A DNA stretch of 64,000 nucleotides from a phage. The notes under the pieces are model-generated. The model was not told where the DNA came from. It was given only the letters and a program-made list of their open reading frames with translations, and made no database searches. This document shows positions 51,812-61,313 of this stretch, piece by piece; the stretch's first letter is position 1; every line of letters begins with the position of its first letter. The stretch lies in sequence record PV730302.1; one strand, written 5' to 3'. The position numbers and the translations under genes are program-made.

Positions 51812-51840
51812 ATTATAACATGATTCTCGAGGTTGTAAAC
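51812..51840 (-). promoter_or_regulatory. early promoter (GTTTAC-N17-TATAAT) upstream of ndd
   Basis: Consensus -35/-10 hexamers with 17-nt spacer; -10 flanked by cgagaa/ttctcg inverted repeat. Confidence 0.55.
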
Positions 51841-52208
51841 TATTTTTGTAGCTGTTCTAAAATAAATCCGCTCGTATAAAAGGAAGCGTTATAAACCTTG
51901 TTCAGCGGGTTCAAAGCCTGTCCGTAAGTATCACATAGTTCTTTGATAACATTTTCATAGCTTACATAATAACCACTATGATAATACGGGTCCATACTCA
52001 TACGAAATTTAATGAACCGATAAAAACCTGTTTCTGGGTCTTGAACGAAAACGAAATCAGCACTCATCATAATTTTTGAATCTACGCCAGGAATCATACT
52101 TTGATTGAATGCCACCGATGCATCTTGGAGGCTGAGTTGTTTAAAGAACATTACCTTAGCATTACCAAAAAAGATTTTAGACATGATAATTTCCTTATTC
52201 AGCGTCAA
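51840..52208 (-). CDS. hypothetical protein
   Basis: 122-aa ORF upstream of ndd. Confidence 0.4.
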   Translation of the reverse strand: MTLNKEIIMSKIFFGNAKVMFFKQLSLQDASVAFNQSMIPGVDSKIMMSADFVFVQDPETGFYRFIKFRMSMDPYYHSGYYVSYENVIKELCDTYGQALNPLNKVYNASFYTSGFILEQLQK

Positions 52209-52407
52209 CAGAAATAGCCATCAGTTCATCAACAGTAAGACACTGTACACTGGGTCCTACACAAAAGCGCTTAGTTGAATCATAAAGGTCTGTGGCATTA
52301 ACAGGTTGCAATTCAGTACCAACTTGCAAAGGAGAAATACGAATTAATTGTTGTCCATTATGTAATACAAAGCTCTCACCAACTGCAACATCTTTAAAAA
52401 GTTTCAT
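52195..52407 (-). CDS. hypothetical protein
   Basis: Track ORF begins with TTG at 52449; ATG 52405-52407 (MKLFKDVAV...) preceded by GAGGAAA. An alternative start at ATG 52441-52443 would overlap the peptide ORF. Confidence 0.35.
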   Translation of the reverse strand: MKLFKDVAVGESFVLHNGQQLIRISPLQVGTELQPVNATDLYDSTKRFCVGPSVQCLTVDELMAISVDAE

Positions 52408-52417
52408 AATATTTTCC

Positions 52418-52528
52418 TCAGAAGTTAAAGAATACACGTACATGGTCAATCATAAAAACGATTGGGAAAATGCTCAATACCAAAAATAACACAAACATGT
52501 TCCAAATTGCTTTAAGTAAGTTTTTCAT
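52418..52528 (-). CDS. small hydrophobic peptide, 36 aa (absent from ORF track)
   Basis: MKNLLKAIWNMFVLFLVLSIFPIVFMIDHVRVFFNF; SD GGAG lies inside an 11-bp inverted-repeat arm. Confidence 0.35.
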   Translation of the reverse strand: MKNLLKAIWNMFVLFLVLSIFPIVFMIDHVRVFFNF

Positions 52529-52554
52529 AATCATCTCCATTAGTTGATATGTCT

Positions 52555-52583
52555 ATAATATCATGATTAATGGAGATGTACAC
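52555..52583 (-). promoter_or_regulatory. early promoter-like element (GTGTAC-N17-TATTAT) inside SD-sequestering inverted repeat
   Basis: Arms catctccatta (52532..52542, contains SD) and taatggagatg (52568..52578, in promoter spacer). Confidence 0.45.
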
Positions 52584-52673
52584 TGTTTTATGCCAATTTC
52601 CACAACAATAAACTAAAACATACACAAATCACTGGGATACAGGTCAACCAAATAAGGCACCACATTTTGCTAC

Positions 52674-52940
52674 TCAAAATACTACCTCTTTAATTTCAAT
52701 CAATCCCCTGTACAATGCAGTGCGGAGGTCATAAAGAATATCTATACCGTCGACATTATCCAGTTTACCGTCGATAAGTTTTTGTAAATCTTCCTTTGAT
52801 GCGATTAAGGGACGGAGAAATTTACATTCAGAAAGAGATAACTCTGTAGTAATATCATCACCTTCACCTGATGCATCGTACATAGCGGCAACAACCGTAC
52901 CTGTAACTTTGTGTTTAGCGTAATATAATTTGATATCCAT
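52674..52940 (-). CDS. hypothetical protein
   Basis: Track ORF begins with TTG at 53000; ATG 52938-52940 (MDIKLYYAKHK...) preceded by GAGGAAA. Confidence 0.4.
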   Translation of the reverse strand: MDIKLYYAKHKVTGTVVAAMYDASGEGDDITTELSLSECKFLRPLIASKEDLQKLIDGKLDNVDGIDILYDLRTALYRGLIEIKEVVF

Positions 52941-53012
52941 TTTGTTTTCCTCATTAGTTGATAGGAAGATAGTAACACCATCCTTGGTGTATGTAAACAA
53001 CTTTATTAAAAA

Positions 53013-53582
53013 TTATAAGGCGAGATACCAGCCGTTGTAATTGCTCTTGCGGACTAGTTTTTTGATGGCTTCTCTGTCACCAGAGAACTTAGGAGTGAAC
53101 AGGACGTCGCCTGCCTCATTTACTGAAGTGTCGAATATGATTATACAGTCTGCAACTTTATGATTCAAGAGCGGTCCCAGGTTAATCCCTGTTCCATAAG
53201 GGAAGTCACCCGAGTATCCTGTAGTGCAGGAAATCCACTTAGAATCTGATTGATGGGTCTTGACCTCTACACGTAGTCCACAATACATAGGATGAGCTAA
53301 AACATCCCATGCATAGGTATAAGGGTCGTCATGGTCTTCCAGACCACTGTTAACGTATCCTTTCAACCAATCAGCAACCATGTACTCGGCATACGTTGCA
53401 ATGACACACCGAGTCAATACTTCTTTCTTATCTTGGGACGGGTCTTGGCTTAAGGAATACAGTACAGTATCCTTAATCTTAACCTTCATTTCGCCTGTTA
53501 AATCAGATGTCTTCAGGGTAAATGTCGGCATCTTCGACAGCCGAACCAGTCCCGGATTTGACAGATTCATAATCGCCACCAA
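53013..53582 (-). CDS. hypothetical protein; possible endonuclease IV (denB) by position and size
   Basis: 189 aa (T4 DenB 185 aa), two small genes upstream of rIIB; no sequence confirmation; the 5' 80 nt overlap the neighbouring ORF so the start may be internal. Confidence 0.3.
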   Translation of the reverse strand: MVAIMNLSNPGLVRLSKMPTFTLKTSDLTGEMKVKIKDTVLYSLSQDPSQDKKEVLTRCVIATYAEYMVADWLKGYVNSGLEDHDDPYTYAWDVLAHPMYCGLRVEVKTHQSDSKWISCTTGYSGDFPYGTGINLGPLLNHKVADCIIIFDTSVNEAGDVLFTPKFSGDREAIKKLVRKSNYNGWYLAL

Positions 53583-53829
53583 TATACAATTCTTCTACAT
53601 GGACATTACCAAAATAGATACGAGAGTTTTCACTCAATTTGCTATGGTCCAATTTTTTAAGGTTTTCAACTGAATCGAAAATCACATCTGTTGCAAAAAG
53701 ATGGCCTGTAGCTTTATCAGATGTGATTACATCCACACAATAAACCTTATCGGCCACATGGTTACCTTGGAGATAAGAATCTTTGATATCTTCGTCGCCG
53801 ACGTTCATGAAATTAATCATTTTACTCAC
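53503..53829 (-). CDS. hypothetical protein
   Basis: 108-aa acidic ORF. Confidence 0.35.
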   Translation of the reverse strand: MSKMINFMNVGDEDIKDSYLQGNHVADKVYCVDVITSDKATGHLFATDVIFDSVENLKKLDHSKLSENSRIYFGNVHVEELYIGGDYESVKSGTGSAVEDADIYPEDI

Positions 53830-54019
53830 CGAAATAAGAAATACGAACCTCTAAACAATGAGCATATGCACCCATCGCATCCAGTTGGGCAATCAGTAAC
53901 CCTTGTTGACGGATATCAAGAGTTTCAAAAACACCGCCTTTAATAAACTCTTCAAGAGCATTAATTTTCAGGACCAGTTGGTCATATTCTTCAATTACAC
54001 GTGCTTGGAAACCTAACAT
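53822..54019 (-). CDS. hypothetical protein
   Basis: 65-aa ORF downstream of rIIB; preceded by a GGAGGC-UUCG-GCCUCC hairpin (54032..54047). Confidence 0.35.
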   Translation of the reverse strand: MLGFQARVIEEYDQLVLKINALEEFIKGGVFETLDIRQQGLLIAQLDAMGAYAHCLEVRISYFGE

Positions 54020-54056
54020 AATTCCTCATTAGGAGGCCGAAGCCTCCGTTATTGAT

Positions 54057-55091
54057 TTAGTATTTGTATTCGTTTGCGAACTGTTCAGTGACGTCTTCCA
54101 GAACTTCATAATAACATACACGCATTTTAGCATCACCGTAATCGACCGGAATACTAACAACATCACGTGGGTTAACTTTACACGAAACTACTTTACAGCT
54201 TGAGTTACCAAAATGACCAATATAGCTACGAGAGCAAACGTGCAGACCACTTGAACAAGTTACTTCATCATCGTCATTTACACGAGAACGTGGCATTTTA
54301 ACAGGTTTGCCTGGTGAGTTATCAAACGTACCGGTACGACAGTCGGTGTAATCGGAGTTAACTACCTTCCACGTAATAAAGTGACCATCTTCAGTGATTT
54401 TGATATCGTTTGCAACCAGGAAGTCGAACAAACGTTGTACAGCTTTTTCGCTTGGGTTTTCTAACAGGTTCTCAAGGAACGGCAGGTAGAATTCGAAGTC
54501 TTCGCCATTTTCCATTGAGGTAATAATACGGTCAATCAACCCTGATCGCAATTCAATGCCTTGATAAACCAGACGTCCACCTTCAATACGAACGTTGCCT
54601 TTAACAAATGCCTTAACAGCCTCTTTAATGGAAATCAGTTTAATCGCGTCGTCAAAACGAGACTCTTTAAGAGCCTGTACGATGGCATCAAAATGTTTGT
54701 TCTTATTAGTGGTGTTCCATACTGTTCGGCCTTCGGTGATGGACACGAATTTAGAACTAGCATTCCAAATAATTTCCGGACGAGAACCACCAATAGTAGC
54801 TTCAACAGGAACTACACAAGGCTCGTTAGGAACTGTTACTTTGATATTTCCGGTAATAACCACTTCTGTTGGGGCATTAAGAGGCACAGTAGGCGCTTTT
54901 TTAAGCGATTTGGCCAATTCTTTAGCTACTTGAGAACGTTTAGCTTCTTCAGCATTTTTCAGGACTTTACGAATGGTATCAACCGAAACACCATACCAGT
55001 CAGCTAGTTCTTGCTGAGTATAATTACCAGATTTATAGAGGGAAACTACTTTCTCTTGTTCAGATTTAGCCAGACACTTAATATTGTACAT
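54057..55091 (-). CDS. rIIB: rIIB protein
   Basis: 344 aa; MYNIKCL.K.EQ, SGNYTQQELADW.GVSVDTIR.VLKNAEEAKR, VRIEGG.L.YQ.IELRSGL.DRI, FEFY.PFLENLLENPS.KAV.RLFDFLVANDI.ITEDG match T4 rIIB as recalled. Confidence 0.9.
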   Translation of the reverse strand: MYNIKCLAKSEQEKVVSLYKSGNYTQQELADWYGVSVDTIRKVLKNAEEAKRSQVAKELAKSLKKAPTVPLNAPTEVVITGNIKVTVPNEPCVVPVEATIGGSRPEIIWNASSKFVSITEGRTVWNTTNKNKHFDAIVQALKESRFDDAIKLISIKEAVKAFVKGNVRIEGGRLVYQGIELRSGLIDRIITSMENGEDFEFYLPFLENLLENPSEKAVQRLFDFLVANDIKITEDGHFITWKVVNSDYTDCRTGTFDNSPGKPVKMPRSRVNDDDEVTCSSGLHVCSRSYIGHFGNSSCKVVSCKVNPRDVVSIPVDYGDAKMRVCYYEVLEDVTEQFANEYKY

Positions 55092-55105
55092 AATATTTCC
55101 TTAGA

Positions 55106-57316
55106 TTAAGCCGCTTCCACGGCTTTCATGAATTTAACGATTTGAGCTACAGAAGCCTCGGTAATGGATGTTCCACGACGATACATGTAGTCCGAAACTA
55201 AATGGTAATCGGATTCAAACTGTACAGTCATTTTATCATTGTTGCTTGAAGCATTATTGGTTAACGTATTAAACGTTGTGTTACAGATTTTCTTGATAAC
55301 GGAAAGCTTGTCATCAGTGATATAGCCATGGAAATTCATATAACGGAATATATCATAGAAATTACTCAGACGAGTATATGCTTCAGTTACCGGCTTGTCA
55401 CTGAAATACTTGGTCATGAAATTAAGCTGAGGGAACTTAGCAATGATTTCAAGGTAATACCGAGCTCTAGTATTGCTACCAAGGTAGTCGTCAATATCTA
55501 CCGCATCCAATGCTTCAGCATAAGCTTCTAATGTAGCTTCCATCAGGCATTCACACTGGCCTAACTTTTTAATCTTTTTAGCAATCTGAGGGCGAATGAT
55601 ATGGAATTCGGTAGCACCAATCAAATTAGCCATACGGCACATGGTAGTGGTATTGATGTCAAAGATACCATAAGCTTCATCCATTCCCATGATATCAGAA
55701 CGGCTGCCAAACAGAACATAACCGGTAATTTCTTCTGCTTCAGCTGCGGTCAAATACATGGTCTCTGTTTGCCAACGCCCATCTTTAATGAACCAACGAT
55801 AAGCACTTGGTGTTTTAGGACGAGGTTCTGACGAACGAACCGTAACCGGAATCCATGGCTTAACAATTTTATTCAGTTCAGAGACTTTATAAAAATGAAT
55901 TGTGTCACCTTTAAAAAGTTCTTTAACTTTTTCGAGTTGTTGCATTTGCAGCATTGAATTCGGGTCGACTAAAATAAGGTCGGTCCCGTATTTAGGAATA
56001 TTGTGCTCTTTAACAATTTTCTTAGCCGAAGCACTGTTGTCCATTGCCAAGGCCCAAAGTCCTCGAACTAGCGGCACACGACCCTTTTCATCATCATAAA
56101 CAACATGGATTTCTTTCTTATTAATGCCTAATAAACTACTAAGTCCTGCCACCGAAGAAGTATTACCACTCGGCTTAATTCGTTTCAAACGTGGGTCTGA
56201 AACGATTTCGTAAACAACGCCTAAATTAAGAAGGTCGTTTTGAAGGGTATAACGCTGGTATAATTTCTCATATGTCAATTTTTCTGTAGTAAACAGGCTA
56301 GTTCCACCTTTTTTGGTAAGATAGTCACGAGCACTGTAACCAAGGTTAGAAAGGTCACGATAAACATGGCGCGGATTATCAGATTCAACCCATTCCTTTG
56401 TATCATTTTTAAAGACCACTGCATCCAGTGCTTCAATACGGGTTGCGATATTTTCCATCGTACGTTTATCAAGAGACAACACTTCACGAGACGGAGCAAT
56501 ATCCAGTGAACCCATAGGGAACTTAATATAAACTACATCATGGCGAGTACGCATCCATGTGCCTTTATTATAAGCAGAATCCAATGGATAGACAATACCA
56601 CCGTAAACAGCATAAAGTCCTGAACGTTCGAAGTTGCCATAATTTGTAGTGGTTACAGGATAGTAATCATCAAATTCAGGGAAATAATCAACTTCAACAC
56701 CGTCAACATCGCCAAGACCAATGAAAGGCCTCATGATATAACGAACTTCAGTTTCGAACTTACGGAAGTCTTCTTCGTCCACAGGAACCGTGATTTCGAT
56801 ACCTGTTTTATCACCCGGCTGCATAGGTTCTACGAAAGTAGGTTTAATCTGTGGTCCATCACCGTCCATATATGCTACATAACCACGAACTTCACCATTA
56901 TGCCATGACGTGATATTAAACGTTTCGGTATAACTGAACGGAGATTTTGAACCAAGGCCAAAACCACCGATGAAATCGTTAGAAGCGGTTTTGGACGACG
57001 CGAAATAAGAGTTATACAAACCTGTTTCGTTTTCATCACCACGAATTTGGAAATCACTCATGCCCGGCCCGAAATCACGGCATACAAAACGAGGGTCCAG
57101 TTTACCAGGAACCTGTACTTTCCAACGTTCTTTATTACCATTCAGAATATGGGCATCAATCATGTTGGTAATTAGTTCACGTACTACAGCACGTACCTTA
57201 TTACTATAAAGGTCTGATGACAGAATTTTAAAGACCTTAGGCGATGCCTGGATAGTAAAGCCTGTGGACTTAGCACCATTACCAATGATTTGTTCTTTTT
57301 CGGTTTCAATAATCAT
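55106..57316 (-). CDS. rIIA: rIIA protein
   Basis: 736 aa (T4 rIIA 725 aa); N-terminal GHKL/Bergerat-type ATPase-like region (VRELITNMIDAH...); adjacent to rIIB. Confidence 0.9.
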   Translation of the reverse strand: MIIETEKEQIIGNGAKSTGFTIQASPKVFKILSSDLYSNKVRAVVRELITNMIDAHILNGNKERWKVQVPGKLDPRFVCRDFGPGMSDFQIRGDENETGLYNSYFASSKTASNDFIGGFGLGSKSPFSYTETFNITSWHNGEVRGYVAYMDGDGPQIKPTFVEPMQPGDKTGIEITVPVDEEDFRKFETEVRYIMRPFIGLGDVDGVEVDYFPEFDDYYPVTTTNYGNFERSGLYAVYGGIVYPLDSAYNKGTWMRTRHDVVYIKFPMGSLDIAPSREVLSLDKRTMENIATRIEALDAVVFKNDTKEWVESDNPRHVYRDLSNLGYSARDYLTKKGGTSLFTTEKLTYEKLYQRYTLQNDLLNLGVVYEIVSDPRLKRIKPSGNTSSVAGLSSLLGINKKEIHVVYDDEKGRVPLVRGLWALAMDNSASAKKIVKEHNIPKYGTDLILVDPNSMLQMQQLEKVKELFKGDTIHFYKVSELNKIVKPWIPVTVRSSEPRPKTPSAYRWFIKDGRWQTETMYLTAAEAEEITGYVLFGSRSDIMGMDEAYGIFDINTTTMCRMANLIGATEFHIIRPQIAKKIKKLGQCECLMEATLEAYAEALDAVDIDDYLGSNTRARYYLEIIAKFPQLNFMTKYFSDKPVTEAYTRLSNFYDIFRYMNFHGYITDDKLSVIKKICNTTFNTLTNNASSNNDKMTVQFESDYHLVSDYMYRRGTSITEASVAQIVKFMKAVEAA

Positions 57317-57323
57317 ATTTTTC

Positions 57324-57527
57324 TCAATTCAGGTTACGTTTAAAAAGGTCTGCCACTTCAAGGAGCTCGTCCTTAGTAGCGATGTCGTTGAGTATTTTAT
57401 ATCTGATTTCTTTAAAGCGTTCTTTAAAATCCTCAGCTGCATTGATATCAAAAAATCGTTGGATTAACCGGAATTCTTTATGGACGGCTTTATCGAACAA
57501 ATCGATATTCACTTTAAAGTTTGTCAT
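57324..57527 (-). CDS. hypothetical protein (T4 rIIA.1 position)
   Basis: 67-aa ORF; SD GAGGTAG. Confidence 0.4.
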   Translation of the reverse strand: MTNFKVNIDLFDKAVHKEFRLIQRFFDINAAEDFKERFKEIRYKILNDIATKDELLEVADLFKRNLN

Positions 57528-57837
57528 TTTTAACTACCTCATGTTGAACATATTCTCTGGTAGAACCGAGTTCAGCCAGAATTCTTCTCATAGAACCCAT
57601 TGTACTTTTGTGCTCTCTGTGGCGATACATTATCTCTAAAACCTTTTCCTGGACAACAGGAGAGAGCGCCTGGTTATCTTTAATCTTTAAGGCAATAGAT
57701 TTTACAGCCTTTAAGTATTCGAGCCCCTTGCCGCTTGTAGTCACTACTCCTTCATCTTTACAGTTACGAATAGCCGTTTCCATAAAGGATAAAGCTAGGT
57801 TGTCAGTGTTCACTATACTGTTATCTTGCATAATCAT
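57514..57837 (-). CDS. hypothetical protein
   Basis: Track ORF begins with GTG at 57864; ATG 57835-57837 (MIMQDNSIV...) preceded by GAGGTGA. Confidence 0.4.
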   Translation of the reverse strand: MIMQDNSIVNTDNLALSFMETAIRNCKDEGVVTTSGKGLEYLKAVKSIALKIKDNQALSPVVQEKVLEIMYRHREHKSTMGSMRRILAELGSTREYVQHEVVKNDKL

Positions 57838-57910
57838 ATTCTCACCTCTAAATAATCCTATCACAGTTTTCTTATGTTGTAAACCCCGAAAAGGGCCCTA
57901 AGGCCCTTAA

Positions 57911-58063
57911 TTATTCAATTTTGTAGACTTGTCCTCGAACTTGATAAAATTCGCCTTCCCAGGTTTCTACCATAATGGTCACGTACTCTGCGAACAAAGG
58001 TCTCTTCTCAGCCCAGAGATATCCAAATTCACCGGTGGCTAGCGTTATCCAGTACTTTCTCAT
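57911..58063 (-). CDS. hypothetical small protein
   Basis: Track ORF to 58198 overlaps the topoisomerase 3' end; ATG 58061-58063 (MRKYWITLATGEF...) has a strong SD (AGGAGA); alternative start ATG 58088-58090. Confidence 0.35.
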   Translation of the reverse strand: MRKYWITLATGEFGYLWAEKRPLFAEYVTIMVETWEGEFYQVRGQVYKIE

Positions 58064-58106
58064 AAAGTCTCCTAATTGTATGGCACTCATGTACCATACA
58101 TATTTA

Positions 58107-59924
58107 TTACGACATCCAGGCCTTACGGAGTTGAGGGTCGTTTCCGAGGAGCATTTCGAACTGTTCTTTCCAATCTTCAGGCAATTGAACCACATCAAAT
58201 TTAGGGTCTTGAATCATTCGACGATATTCAGCTTTCTCAAGAGAACCTAGTCCTTTGATATAACGAATAGAATGTTTTGGTAGAGAGTCCTTAGCTTTGG
58301 TATAACTAGGAACATCATAGAACCATTCTTGTTCTTTACCAACCTGGGCAATAATCACCGGAGTTTTACAGAATCGTACTCGACCCTGTTCGAACAATTC
58401 AGGCCATTGACTAAAGAAGGCCAGCAATGATGGGTAAATCGAACCAGTACCATCCACATCAGCATCAGTCATGATAGCGATATTACGATAGTTAGTTTTC
58501 TCTGCAGGTTCGCCAATAACCAGTCCAGTGATTGCACAGATATCAAATAGTTCCTTGTTCTTCATGATATCTGTTGCCGACATTCCCCAGGTATTCATAA
58601 CCTTACCACGTAATGGATAACCACCTTGAAGGTCTTTATTACGGACTTCAATGAAAGGACCCATAGCGGAATCACCTTCGGTTAGGAACAAGGTTGTATC
58701 GGCGTCTTTGCCGTATAGGTTAGCTTTAATATGCTTATGGACCTTGGCTTTAGAAGCTTTCTTAGCGGCTTTAGTTTCGGCGGCTTTTTCAGCTGCTAAT
58801 TTACGTGCTAAAGCCGCTTCAACGATAGGCATAATCAACCCTTCGTCTTTAAGAATATACTGTGAGATTTTCTTTGCATCAATTTGAATATGGTTACGAA
58901 TTTCACCGAATGGTGACGTCAAACGTTCTTTAGTCTGGGAATCAAAACGCATATTACTCATATCGCGAATGAACATCACCATCGTAAGGCATTCTTTAAC
59001 TCGTGCCTTACTTACTTCAATGCCTTTATATTTCTTCTTGATGCCTGGCAAGAGATGTTCGCAGATATCATCAAACACACATTCAACATGATGACCACCA
59101 TTCTTAGTATGAATATTGTTCACATAAGTTAGGTGGCGGAATCCATCCGGAGATGTAGTAAATGCCATTGAGACATTATCGGTTTCTTGAATTACTACAT
59201 CTTTACCAAATTGATTAGCATACTTTTTAAAGTTACCATCTACTTTTTTACCATTAAAAGTAAATTGGATACTAGGATAAATTACAGCTAGAGTTTTAAG
59301 ACGATCTAGAGTAATATCCAGATAAATTTGTGATAGAGAGTTCTCTTCAAAATGATTAAAGTCTGGAGTGAATATAACCGAAGTACCCTTACCTTTAGAT
59401 TTCTTAGTAGACCAACCTTTGTTTTCCATTCCATTGGAACAGTTAACTGTAATTTCATTCTCGCCATCAGAGGTGATGCCTGTGAACAAAACGGAGAAGA
59501 TATTAGTTAAACTACTACCGACACCATTCATGCCGCCTGTCTTACGCTCAGCGTCATCTCCAAAGTTACCACCCGCCTTTGGAATAGTCCATGCTGCTAC
59601 AGGACCTGGAATCTGTTCACCATTTTGGTCGGTGACCATTGCTTGTGGAATACCACGACCATTATCAGAAACTGAAACCTGGTTATTCTTAATTTGAACA
59701 TCAATTTTATTTGCGAATTTAAAATTGGTACGAATAGCTTCATCGACAGAGTTATCAATGATTTCGTCAATTAATTTAACCAGTCCAGGAACATAGTTTA
59801 CCTGTGTAAAATTACCAAACAGGAATCGACCGTGAGCTTCATTAGCACTGGAGCCAATATACATCCCACTACGTTTTTTGATATGTTCAATGTCGGACAG
59901 TACTTTAATTTCATTCTTAATCAT
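58107..59924 (-). CDS. 39: DNA topoisomerase II large subunit (fused gp39/gp60-type, GyrB-like)
   Basis: 605 aa single ORF; N-terminal GHKL ATPase (GLVKLIDEIIDNSVDEA), TOPRIM-like region (LFLTEGDSA...DADVDG); longer than T4 gp39 (516 aa), consistent with inclusion of the gene 60 portion without a bypass element. Confidence 0.85.
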   Translation of the reverse strand: MIKNEIKVLSDIEHIKKRSGMYIGSSANEAHGRFLFGNFTQVNYVPGLVKLIDEIIDNSVDEAIRTNFKFANKIDVQIKNNQVSVSDNGRGIPQAMVTDQNGEQIPGPVAAWTIPKAGGNFGDDAERKTGGMNGVGSSLTNIFSVLFTGITSDGENEITVNCSNGMENKGWSTKKSKGKGTSVIFTPDFNHFEENSLSQIYLDITLDRLKTLAVIYPSIQFTFNGKKVDGNFKKYANQFGKDVVIQETDNVSMAFTTSPDGFRHLTYVNNIHTKNGGHHVECVFDDICEHLLPGIKKKYKGIEVSKARVKECLTMVMFIRDMSNMRFDSQTKERLTSPFGEIRNHIQIDAKKISQYILKDEGLIMPIVEAALARKLAAEKAAETKAAKKASKAKVHKHIKANLYGKDADTTLFLTEGDSAMGPFIEVRNKDLQGGYPLRGKVMNTWGMSATDIMKNKELFDICAITGLVIGEPAEKTNYRNIAIMTDADVDGTGSIYPSLLAFFSQWPELFEQGRVRFCKTPVIIAQVGKEQEWFYDVPSYTKAKDSLPKHSIRYIKGLGSLEKAEYRRMIQDPKFDVVQLPEDWKEQFEMLLGNDPQLRKAWMS

Positions 59925-59976
59925 GTTATTTCCTCATGTAGTAGGAGAATATTATCCCATTTCACTTAAAGCATAA

Positions 59977-59992
59977 AAGGGCCGAAGCCCTT
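59977..59992 (-). other. RNA hairpin AAGGGC-UUCG-GCCCUU overlapping the lipoprotein gene stop
   Basis: Inverted repeat with UUCG tetraloop on the minus transcript, followed by a U-rich stretch; terminator-like, upstream of the gene 39 start. Confidence 0.4.
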
Positions 59993-60251
59993 AATCAAAT
60001 CTAATGGTCGACTTTTTAAAGAATAATCCAGAACAAACAGTTCCTTCAACCCTTTTACCTGTCGGACCCACAGCAATAAAGCCTGTACGTTGGAAATCAT
60101 CTTCAGAACAGCCAAATAGGTTATATCCTGTGATTTGGATTTGTTCGTAGCCATTTGCATCCAATACACGGGTGGCATTATCGGCATCAGTACAACCAAC
60201 CAACGAAACGGCTAGTACAAGAGCTGCAATAGAACGATTAATATATTTCAT
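59991..60251 (-). CDS. putative lipoprotein
   Basis: 86 aa; signal peptide with lipobox LVGC (MKYINRSIAALVLAVSLVGC); four additional Cys in the mature part. Confidence 0.5.
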   Translation of the reverse strand: MKYINRSIAALVLAVSLVGCTDADNATRVLDANGYEQIQITGYNLFGCSEDDFQRTGFIAVGPTGKRVEGTVCSGLFFKKSTIRFD

Positions 60252-60257
60252 AATTTC

Positions 60258-60434
60258 TCACTTAGTCAGAAGGTCGTAAAAACCGCCATTAACATGTTTA
60301 GGAGCCGAGACTAACCGAACAGCCAGCCGATGGCAATCAGGACAAACATCATTATCTCTTTCAGAGATTTTCTTGATTTTTTCATATTCTTTCGCACAGT
60401 CTTCAGATTGGCATTTGTAATCATAAAGTGGCAT
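60258..60434 (-). CDS. zinc-ribbon protein (CxxC...CxxC), 58 aa
   Basis: Track ORF to 60527; ATG 60432-60434 (MPLYDYKCQSEDC...CPDCH...) with strong SD AAGGAG; FmdB-like zinc-ribbon pattern. Confidence 0.45.
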   Translation of the reverse strand: MPLYDYKCQSEDCAKEYEKIKKISERDNDVCPDCHRLAVRLVSAPKHVNGGFYDLLTK

Positions 60435-60645
60435 TATAAGTCTCCTTCCAGAATTCAGTGCCTTCAGCAGTGATTTCACGGAACACTGCATAGATAGGGG
60501 TTTTATCGCCTTGATTTTCGTATACATAAACCGACGATAAACGAGAAAACGTATCAGAATGTTCCTTTTGAACCACGATTAAATCCGGGTTGAACAGAAC
60601 ATCTTCAAATTCTTCACGAGTCGAGTTCATCGTAACTTTAGCCAT
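60421..60645 (-). CDS. hypothetical protein
   Basis: 74-aa ORF. Confidence 0.35.
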   Translation of the reverse strand: MAKVTMNSTREEFEDVLFNPDLIVVQKEHSDTFSRLSSVYVYENQGDKTPIYAVFREITAEGTEFWKETYNATL

Positions 60646-60719
60646 TTTATTTTCCTCTCATTTGTTGATAGGGTAATCTTATCACTACCCTACCATATTG
60701 TATACTGTTTTTTTAAACT

Positions 60720-61271
60720 TTATGCAAAATGAATATCAGCATACTCAACTATAAAGCTCTCAGGAACAACCTTAAAGGTTCCAAGGAACACGATGTTATA
60801 GAGCTTAACGCCTTCTTCAACCCACTGGTCAGTGATGTAACCGGACATACTAGTGGTTTCATAAGTCGGACCGTACTTGCACTTGTATTCAAACGGTTTA
60901 GGTGAAACGAAAAAGACACCTTTACCTAATTTCCATTTGAAATCAACACCAACATGAGATTGGTCGATAGTTTCGACGTCTTGAGCTACTACGCCACGGA
61001 TATCATTGCTTTCACATACATACCCATCGTGGGATTCGACTTCTTCAACTACAGGAGCGATGTATCCAGTAAATTCAGTTGATTCCAGGAATTTAGGATG
61101 TACATAAGCCAATTGAGTTTCAGCATGACCATGTTTAGGAATAATACGCACTTTAACTTCTTTAATTCCACCCACTAAATTAGTACGAAGACCCACAACC
61201 TCAACAAAACGACCCGCGGCTTTTGAGCGAGATTCTTTGGATACACGAACAATTTCACCGATAGTAATCAT
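60720..61271 (-). CDS. hypothetical protein, paralog family Y (member 1)
   Basis: 183 aa; C-terminal YITDQWVEEGVKLYNIVFLGTFKVVPESFIV closely parallels the neighbour's GWVTDQWVEDGVELLNVVHAGDFSVVPRSAVV. Confidence 0.45.
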   Translation of the reverse strand: MITIGEIVRVSKESRSKAAGRFVEVVGLRTNLVGGIKEVKVRIIPKHGHAETQLAYVHPKFLESTEFTGYIAPVVEEVESHDGYVCESNDIRGVVAQDVETIDQSHVGVDFKWKLGKGVFFVSPKPFEYKCKYGPTYETTSMSGYITDQWVEEGVKLYNIVFLGTFKVVPESFIVEYADIHFA

Positions 61272-61313
61272 AATTTTCTCTCTTGGTTAATAAGTTTATT
61301 CTCCATGAGAGCC

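Noticed and set aside
59966-60199. 77-aa ORF overlapping the lipoprotein gene in another frame
   Set aside because: The overlapping frame 59991..60251 has a canonical signal peptide and lipobox; this frame has no such features.
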